From Candidatus Magasanikiibacteriota bacterium (GTDB taxonomy: Bacteria; Patescibacteriota; Patescibacteriia; Magasanikbacterales; 2-02-FULL-50-9b): a stretch of DNA of 44,559 nucleotides. Positions within the stretch are counted from its first letter, which is position 1; every line of letters begins with the position of its first letter. The DNA is taken from positions 1 through 44,559 of the forward strand of contig CAITMK010000001.1 in assembly GCA_903893485.1 (NCBI GenBank), in the 5' to 3' direction. Below, piece by piece: positions 38,691-44,559 of this stretch. Position numbers and translations under genes: made by a program. A model generated the notes under the pieces. That model was not told the DNA's origin. It made no database searches and worked only from the letters and a program-made list of their open reading frames with translations.

Positions 38691-38692
38691 AT

Positions 38693-39151
38693 TTATTTCT
38701 TCTTTTTACCTTTAGCAACAGCTTTTACTGCTGGAGTCTTTGGACGTTTGACACCGTAAAGTGAACGGCTGCCACGACGATTTGCAACACCTTGCGCATC
38801 ATAAATACCACGCACAATGTGGTAACGAACACCTGGAAGATCTTTCACACGACCACCACGAATCATAACGATTGAGTGCTCCTGCAAGTTGTGACCTTCA
38901 CCTGGGATGTAGGCAGTGACTTCCATACCGTTAGAAAGGCGAACACGCGCGATCTTACGGATAGCTGAGTTAGGTTTTTTTGGGGTCATGGTAGTGACCT
39001 TGGTACAAACACCACGTTTAAATGGTGCGCCATCTAAAATTTGATGGCGACGGCGATGCAAAGAATCCAAAGTCCACTGCATTGCAGGGGATTTGCTCTT
39101 CGTCTTCGCCGTGGTACGCCCCTTGCGGAGCAATTGTGACATTGTTGGCAT
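38693..39151 (-). CDS. rpsL: 30S ribosomal protein S12
   Basis: [31 protein letters not shown]. Confidence 0.99.
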   Translation of the reverse strand: MPTMSQLLRKGRTTAKTKSKSPAMQWTLDSLHRRRHQILDGAPFKRGVCTKVTTMTPKKPNSAIRKIARVRLSNGMEVTAYIPGEGHNLQEHSIVMIRGGRVKDLPGVRYHIVRGIYDAQGVANRRGSRSLYGVKRPKTPAVKAVAKGKKKK

Positions 39152-39163
39152 AAACACGGTTAC

Positions 39164-39225
39164 TCTGCGCACGGAAACATTCCGAGCCGCGCGGCAGATG
39201 AGAGAATAAATTTGAAAAGGAATGT
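39164..39225 (-). promoter_or_regulatory. Pseudoknotted 5' leader of rpsL (candidate ribosomal leader)
   Basis: +1 ACAUUCC is complementary to loop GGAAUGU of hairpin UCUGC-C-GCGCGG/CCGUGC-GCAGA. Confidence 0.5.
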
Positions 39226-39231
39226 AGCGGT

Positions 39232-39260
39232 AGTTTAAAGGAAATTGGCTGAGCTGTCAA
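39232..39260 (-). promoter_or_regulatory. sigma70 promoter of rpsL-rpsG-fusA
   Basis: TTGACA-17-TAAACT. Confidence 0.8.
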
Positions 39261-39264
39261 GTGA

Positions 39265-39293
39265 TTGACAATGTCCTAGAGGTGTGTAAAAAT
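39265..39293 (+). promoter_or_regulatory. Divergent promoter for the structured RNA
   Basis: TTGACA then TGTGTAAAAAT (imperfect -10, 16-17 bp spacing). Confidence 0.45.
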
Positions 39294-39294
39294 A

Positions 39295-39569
39295 TGCCCA
39301 AACAGCGATGGGCGCTTTTGTTACAAGTGGTCGGTAGTTACCGATGTGCGGGATCCCTTTTCGGGAAATGCAACTCTGACCCTCCCCTCTCTTCCTATTG
39401 CGTTGGACGAGAGGCATTCAAATAGGAGTTGCACAGCGGGCCGAAGGTCCAGGAGCTTGCGACGAGGTGGAGATTCCTCCCCGTCCCCACACAGTCCAGG
39501 CTCCTGGACCCGAGGCAACTCACAATCAACCCCACACCCAAGCCGAACGAACTGTTCGGCTATTTTTTT
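39295..39569 (+). ncRNA. Unassigned ~270-nt multi-stem RNA
   Basis: Stems UGCCCA/UGGGCG, GUCGGU/ACCGAU, UGCAACUC/GAGUUGCA, GGUCCAGGAGC/GCUCCUGGACC; terminator AGCCGAAC/GUUCGGCU + U-run; G-U pairs favour the plus strand. Confidence 0.65.
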
Positions 39570-39570
39570 G

Positions 39571-39631
39571 AAAAAAAAATCGGCAGTAGTACGGACCCGT
39601 GAAGTTCTGGGGTACGTATACTACTGCCGAT
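39571..39631 (-). terminator. Long-hairpin terminator of the orphan gene
   Basis: ATCGGCAGTAGTA / TACTACTGCCGAT 13-bp perfect stem followed by a T-run on the minus strand. Confidence 0.8.
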
Positions 39632-39655
39632 GCAGGGCTTACCTGCATGCGACAA

Positions 39656-40807
39656 TCACTGAAGCGGCAGATCGGGCACTTGCCACGTGCGACCGACGAG
39701 CGAGACGCTCTTCAACATGTCGCCCGCCACCGGTTCAGCAGCCGAGGGAATACGCTTGATTTCGGTATCCTGCCCCGCCGCAATGACATGCAACGCGCTG
39801 TCTGCTTTGATAATCGCGTCGGCCTCGCTGATCTTGGTCGATGCCCGGCTGCCGCCCTTCACCACGAGGTCAAGGCCGTCAGACAGATACGCCGTGAGCG
39901 CCTCAAAAAGCATCCCCCAAGCCGCCTCGCTCGGAGATGCGAAGAAGGTCTTCAGCGCCTCAAGGTACGCATCCCGAAGCGTCGAGCTCCGAAACACGCA
40001 GATATTCTCAGCAGAAAGCCAGCCGATGCCTTCGCTGAGAAGCCAGCCGATGCGCGGATCATCGACCTGCCGCACGAACTGGCCGAGCAGCAAATTCGCG
40101 GGCGACGACACCTCGACCGAGCCGATCGCGTGCGAAGGCGACTGCCGAAGCGCGGCAAGCACTTGATCGCCCCGGAATTCCGGATGGCAGATCATGCTGC
40201 AGCCCAGCAGATCCGGCAGGTTGATCGAGTACGGCGCGCGCGCAATGTCCATGACGAGGTTCTGCTCGGCAACCGGAAGCGCCGGGCAGACGATCTCCTT
40301 CACGTACGTGTTGGTATCAGAACTGGCGTTCGCCCGAAGCAAACGGTCCACGATCGCCGCCGATTCCTCGCTGACGCCGAGCATCATGAGAAAATCGGGG
40401 GCGAGAACGCGACCGGCCATCTTCTTGTAGTTCGCGCCGATCTGCGCCGCCGGAAACGTGAGCGCATGCGGACCAGCCTCAAGGTCAAGCATCTGGGCGA
40501 ATTCAGGACTCGCCGTAATGCCATGCATCTTGCCCTGCGAGACCGCCAGAAACTCCGCGAACGACGGCGCCGTGTCGCGACGAGCTCCGACGAGAATGCT
40601 CTCGCGAAGCAGGAGACGCCCTTCGGGCAAACGCAGAATTCCCTGAAGCGGCTCATTGGTCATGAGCCACGAGTCGGAAATAATCATCCGATCGTAGAGC
40701 AGCGCGTTGAGAACAATGCCGCGCCAAACCCGATCAACGGATTGGCCCGGAATGAGGTTGTCAAAGAGTACGCCGAACGCATCAATGAGAGTAACGGGAC
40801 GAAACAT
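39656..40807 (-). CDS. GC-rich orphan protein (383 aa), function unknown
   Basis: Own promoter, AAGGCAGGTG SD and terminator; protein-like composition; motifs NALLYDRMIISD, PYSINLP, LSAENICVFR. Confidence 0.8.
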   Translation of the reverse strand: MFRPVTLIDAFGVLFDNLIPGQSVDRVWRGIVLNALLYDRMIISDSWLMTNEPLQGILRLPEGRLLLRESILVGARRDTAPSFAEFLAVSQGKMHGITASPEFAQMLDLEAGPHALTFPAAQIGANYKKMAGRVLAPDFLMMLGVSEESAAIVDRLLRANASSDTNTYVKEIVCPALPVAEQNLVMDIARAPYSINLPDLLGCSMICHPEFRGDQVLAALRQSPSHAIGSVEVSSPANLLLGQFVRQVDDPRIGWLLSEGIGWLSAENICVFRSSTLRDAYLEALKTFFASPSEAAWGMLFEALTAYLSDGLDLVVKGGSRASTKISEADAIIKADSALHVIAAGQDTEIKRIPSAAEPVAGDMLKSVSLVGRTWQVPDLPLQ

Positions 40808-40847
40808 GAGTCACCTGCCTTTATTCGCGTCAGTGCGAATTGTACAG

Positions 40848-40876
40848 ATACTAGCAATCAGTACACAAATTGTCAA
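40848..40876 (-). promoter_or_regulatory. sigma70 promoter of the orphan gene
   Basis: TTGACA-17-TAGTAT. Confidence 0.7.
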
Positions 40877-40897
40877 CCCTCTCTTATACAACCCAAA

Positions 40898-41497
40898 TTA
40901 AGCCCCCAAGAGCAATCGTGCGAGCGCTTCAACAGGCACGGTAATGTATTGTCCAAAAAAGAAAACTAAAATTAAAACAGCAAAAAAACCGTAGCGTTCG
41001 AGTTTGTATTTAATGTAGTCGTAACGCACGGGCAGCAGCGCAAGTAAAATTTTTGAGCCGTCGAGTGGAGGAATTGGCACCAAATTAAAAATCGCGAGTG
41101 AGCAGTTGATAATGACCACGCGCACCGCAATATAGGCGATAGCGCTATTAACACCAAAACCGCGCGCGACCAATGCAAATAAAATAGCAAGCACTAAATT
41201 GGTAATTGGCCCAGCCGCGCCAACAGCCGCAGGCCCCCACTGCTGATTTTTTAAATTGTAGGGATTATAAGGAACTGGTTTTGCCGCGGCAAAGAAAAAG
41301 GTCCCGCCAGACAAAAACCAAAGCCCCAGCGGCAACAAAATTGAACCATATAAATCAAGATGCACTAAAGGATTTAAGGTCAAACGCCCTGCTCGCTCCG
41401 CGGTTTTATCGCCGAGCGCGCGTGCGGCCAGCCCATGTGACACCTCGTGCAGCACTGCAGAAAAGATAACAATAATAATGTCGAAAATGAAATCCAT
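40898..41497 (-). CDS. Site-2 protease family (M50) membrane metalloprotease
   Basis: LHEVSHG (HExxH), AGPITN, FNLVPIPPLDGS; start MDFIFD. Confidence 0.93.
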   Translation of the reverse strand: MDFIFDIIIVIFSAVLHEVSHGLAARALGDKTAERAGRLTLNPLVHLDLYGSILLPLGLWFLSGGTFFFAAAKPVPYNPYNLKNQQWGPAAVGAAGPITNLVLAILFALVARGFGVNSAIAYIAVRVVIINCSLAIFNLVPIPPLDGSKILLALLPVRYDYIKYKLERYGFFAVLILVFFFGQYITVPVEALARLLLGA

Positions 41498-41517
41498 AGA
41501 AGTTTTGGTTGCGGCCC

Positions 41518-41546
41518 TTGCCAAAAAACAGAATACCTGATAAACT
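41518..41546 (+). promoter_or_regulatory. sigma70 promoter of rpmB
   Basis: TTGCCA-17-TAAACT. Confidence 0.65.
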
Positions 41547-41575
41547 AGGGCCCATAACGTAACTAGCGTAACACT

Positions 41576-41758
41576 ATGGCACAGAACTGTAAACTCTGCG
41601 AACGTGGCACCACACGCGGCGCAACACGCAGCCACTCAAACATCCAAACAAAAAAATGGGTCGGTATCAATGTACAACCTATGAAATTATTTGGAAAAAT
41701 GATTTCTGTTTGCACCCGTTGCAAACGCACCCTCGCTAAGATGGTAAAGGAAGCATAA
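41576..41758 (+). CDS. rpmB: 50S ribosomal protein L28
   Basis: CKLCER...RSHSNIQTKK...NVQ...VCTRCKRT. Confidence 0.92.
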   Translation: MAQNCKLCERGTTRGATRSHSNIQTKKWVGINVQPMKLFGKMISVCTRCKRTLAKMVKEA

Positions 41759-41787
41759 AAAAAGCAGCTCGCAAGGGCTGTTTTTTT
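41758..41787 (+). terminator. Terminator after rpmB
   Basis: AAGCAGCTC-GCAA-GGGCTGTT + T-run. Confidence 0.8.
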
Positions 41788-41830
41788 AATTGTAAAAAAA
41801 AAGTGCGCGTGTTACATTGTACCTACTTAT

Positions 41831-43102
41831 ATGAAATTTTCAGCACTGCTGCATAAATTGGAAAAGCTACTTAAGATCGACGTGCGCTACGTTTTATCGG
41901 GCGGTTTTTGGTTAACGTTTGGGCAAGTAGTTTCTGCAATCACCGGGCTCGCACTTTCAATTATTTTTGCTCGGTTACTACCCAAAGAAACGTACGGCAA
42001 CTACAAATTCATCACTTCCATTTTTGGCATGATCGCGATCACTTCAATTCCAGGATTGGGCGCTGCAGTAACGCAAGCAGTGGTAAAAAAACACGATAAC
42101 ACGATTTATACCGCAATTAAAACGCGCATTCGTTGGGGACTTTTAGGGGCGCTCGCCAGCATTGGTACGGCAATTTATTTTTATGCCAAATCGAATATTG
42201 ATTTTGCAATTATTTTTGGCGCGGCTGCACTATTTTTGCCGTTCATGGATTCGCTCAATACGTACGATTGCTTACTGCAAGGCCGTAAGGATTTTAAAAA
42301 ATCAAATATTCTTTATAGTATTGGACAACTGATCGTACTTGCTGCGATCGCTGCAACAGTTGTGGTAACAAAAAATATTGTTTGGATTACAATAAGTTAC
42401 ATTGCGAGCTGGACGCTTGTTCGAGGTGCTTTTTTTCTGTATATAAAAAAAGATATTAATAAGGATTCAAGCTCCGACGCATCTGCGATTACCTACGGAA
42501 AACATCTTTCCCTCATGAGCGTACTTGCAACACTTACCGGTCAACTCGATAAAGTATTGGCATTTCATTTTTTAGGCGCCGCACAGATGGCAATTTATGC
42601 ATTCGCAATCGCACTTCCCGAACAAGTACGCGTAATACTTGCGAACATTAATACCCTTCTATTTCCAAAATTTGTGCAACATGACGATCGCGTGATTCAT
42701 GGCGCAATGCGCAATAAATTTATAAAACTTTTTATTTTTAGCTCCGCAATAGTCGGATGTTACATTATTTCAGCGCCGTTTGTTTTTAAAATTCTCTTTC
42801 CAAAATATCTTGATTCAGTTCGCTATTCACAAGTATTTGCTCTGTCAATGCTTAATTTAACGTTTACACCAGCAACGGTATATCTGCAGGCAAAAAAGAA
42901 GGTCAAACATATGTATATTGGAAATATTATAACGCCACTTTTCCAAATCACAACCATGGTTGTTGGAATTATTTGGTACGGCCTTATGGGACTTATCATC
43001 GCACGGGTACTAACCCGTTTTTTCGGCAGCCTCTTTAATTTATTTTTGTATCAAAAATCAAAAGATATCGATATGACTGAACAATCTGCGCAGTCCATCT
43101 AA
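41831..43102 (+). CDS. Wzx/RfbX-type polysaccharide flippase
   Basis: ARLLPKETYGNY, about 12 hydrophobic segments, DKVL...LG...AIY..A pattern. Confidence 0.85.
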   Translation: MKFSALLHKLEKLLKIDVRYVLSGGFWLTFGQVVSAITGLALSIIFARLLPKETYGNYKFITSIFGMIAITSIPGLGAAVTQAVVKKHDNTIYTAIKTRIRWGLLGALASIGTAIYFYAKSNIDFAIIFGAAALFLPFMDSLNTYDCLLQGRKDFKKSNILYSIGQLIVLAAIAATVVVTKNIVWITISYIASWTLVRGAFFLYIKKDINKDSSSDASAITYGKHLSLMSVLATLTGQLDKVLAFHFLGAAQMAIYAFAIALPEQVRVILANINTLLFPKFVQHDDRVIHGAMRNKFIKLFIFSSAIVGCYIISAPFVFKILFPKYLDSVRYSQVFALSMLNLTFTPATVYLQAKKKVKHMYIGNIITPLFQITTMVVGIIWYGLMGLIIARVLTRFFGSLFNLFLYQKSKDIDMTEQSAQSI

Positions 43103-43104
43103 AA

Positions 43105-43875
43105 TTAGACCGGATCGCCAAATTGTTTTTCCGTAAAAATTTTAATAACATCGCTTTTCTTCCGCGCAACGACACCAATTTTTTGAGCCGACGTTGGTAC
43201 CAATTTTACAAAAAGTTTATGCCACCAGCGAGTTGCCTTATCAATGTAAGCAATTTGTTCCACTGCAAATCCATGCATATTTAGCAATTGACGAAGCGAT
43301 GCAGGGCTATAAAAAATTTTGTGTTCTGGCTGACTTTCAATCGCCTTTTGCACAGTGCGATATGCCTTGAAATTATCGATCGACTCCTCAAGTGTTAACT
43401 CTTGTACATCTCCCATCGTATTTTTCTTTTGAAAAAAAACATTTAAAACATTTTTTAGATCATACACATTTGGCGTATCCATGATGAGTGTACCACCTTC
43501 TTTTAAAATACGCGCGCATTCTGAAATCATTTGACCCGGGTGCCATGAATGTTCGATCACTTCACCAATATACACCACATCAAAAGTACCTGATTCAATA
43601 ACACCCGATAAATCATGGAGGTCGCCAAAATATTGATTTTTCAGATTCATTTCTTTTGCTAAATTTTCATTCACATCAAGGCCAGTATATTCCCCACCAG
43701 ATGCTTCAACAATTTTTCTAATTTCAATAGTAACGCCACCATCACCCAAATTACCAACATCAAGCACGCGGCCTTTGAGCGGACTTAAAAAATGCTTTAC
43801 AAAATTAGTACGTGTATGAAATAAAATACATTTTTGTAAATAAATATACGTGTTGCGCGAAATTTTAGTTGTCAT
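43105..43875 (-). CDS. Class I SAM-dependent methyltransferase
   Basis: VLDVGNLG, GLDVN, FDVVYIGEVIEH, LKEGGTLIMDTPN. Confidence 0.9.
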   Translation of the reverse strand: MTTKISRNTYIYLQKCILFHTRTNFVKHFLSPLKGRVLDVGNLGDGGVTIEIRKIVEASGGEYTGLDVNENLAKEMNLKNQYFGDLHDLSGVIESGTFDVVYIGEVIEHSWHPGQMISECARILKEGGTLIMDTPNVYDLKNVLNVFFQKKNTMGDVQELTLEESIDNFKAYRTVQKAIESQPEHKIFYSPASLRQLLNMHGFAVEQIAYIDKATRWWHKLFVKLVPTSAQKIGVVARKKSDVIKIFTEKQFGDPV

Positions 43876-43878
43876 AGT

Positions 43879-44559
43879 TTAAATGCCCTGTTTAATATAT
43901 GCACTCATTTTTTTAACCAGGCCTGCTAAATCATGGCGGCCTTGAACAATTGCGCGTAATTTATCTGGCGCATCCGGGGTCAGTGCTAAAATATATTTTG
44001 CAATCGCTTCCGGTGTTTCATTTTCAGGTGCTGCTGGATATCCAATCGCCTCGGCCTGCGCTTTCGTAATAACCGGTGTCACACCACAATACATGGATTC
44101 CAAAACGGTTTTATCAATCGTACCTGGAACCATATTTACCAACACGCGAAATTGTGGATATACTTTTTTTAATTCTGGCATCGGGCGTGAACCCATAAAC
44201 GTCACGCGATTTTTGAGATCAGTATTTTCCACGAGCGCGCGAATTTCTATTTCATAATCTGGATCGCGCGTTGGATCGAGCGCGCGACCATAGTGTGTAA
44301 GTGTGTATTCGGGTGGTAAAAATTGCAGTGCCTTAATTACCAAATCAATTCGCTTTGAGCGAGAGATGCGATGCACCGCAAGTAAATTTATTTTTGGCTT
44401 ACGATTTTCGTAATCCGTTATGTCAACATTCCAAAATTGCGTATCAATGCCATGCCCTGTTACAATCTTACGAGGATCTCCTTCATATTGCGGCAGACTT
44501 TCTTTGGTCGCCGCAAACATGCGCTTCACTATTTTGTCGCCAATTTTCATGGAAAAGGT
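43879..44559 (-). CDS. GT4 (GT-B) glycosyltransferase, 5' truncated by the window edge
   Basis: GHGIDT, HRISRSKR, IDKTVLESMYCG; frame is open to the window end. Confidence 0.88.
   Translation of the reverse strand, partial: TFSMKIGDKIVKRMFAATKESLPQYEGDPRKIVTGHGIDTQFWNVDITDYENRKPKINLLAVHRISRSKRIDLVIKALQFLPPEYTLTHYGRALDPTRDPDYEIEIRALVENTDLKNRVTFMGSRPMPELKKVYPQFRVLVNMVPGTIDKTVLESMYCGVTPVITKAQAEAIGYPAAPENETPEAIAKYILALTPDAPDKLRAIVQGRHDLAGLVKKMSAYIKQGI

Noticed and set aside
39294-39425. 43-codon ORF (MPKQRW...) inside the structured RNA
   Set aside because: The ATG abuts the -10 box, so probably lies upstream of +1; no SD and no recognisable motif
39295-39569. Minus-strand RNase P reading (GAGGAATCTCCACC ... 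AACAAAAG)
   Set aside because: The P4 partner strand is not complementary, and G-U pairs and the terminator favour the plus strand
39586-39598. AGTAGTACGGACC resembles the sRNA seed AGTGATACGGACC
   Set aside because: About one 11/13 match is expected by chance in 89 kb of both strands, and it is explained as a terminator arm
40050-40255. RT-like spacing in the orphan protein (DIARAPYSI ... IGS-x6-ANLLL ... FVRQVDD)
   Set aside because: Tempting next to an ncRNA, but it lacks the aromatic residues of motif A and the Tyr of YxDD, and only 2 residues separate motifs B and C where about 15-20 are needed; a structure prediction showing a palm fold would reopen this
39599-40969. 456-aa plus-strand ORF
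   Set aside because: Arg-rich antisense shadow of the GC-rich gene; the expression signals are on the minus strand

Overview
Core-genome segment of a Patescibacteria (CPR, most likely Parcubacteria/ABY1-type) chromosome. This is inferred from the missing rpmD/uL30, a GAD-less AspRS, a C-terminally shortened Rel and almost no Shine-Dalgarno sites; TGA is used as a stop, so code 11. The window carries der-pth-dprA-topA, rel, parAB, two tRNAs, a D,D-carboxypeptidase, scpAB, aspS/asnS, recO/yqgF/map/adk/secY, the S10-spc cluster and the str genes. Accessory DNA is inserted at three points: (i) a lipoprotein cassette between aspS and asnS; (ii) an island splitting fusA from tuf, with glycan-modifying fusions, a collapsed glycosyltransferase relic and a three-gene miniature ATP-citrate lyase; (iii) a GC-rich orphan gene facing an unassigned ~270-nt structured RNA beside rpsL. 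The most novel signal is non-coding. Between topA and rel lie two divergent ~80-95 nt transcription units, each with its own sigma70 promoter and terminator, whose RNAs are complementary (5' tail of one to the hairpin loop of the other). They are separated by a ~100-bp repeat that recurs after the tRNAs with compensatory base changes. All structures, promoters and counts were read by eye and need computational or experimental confirmation.
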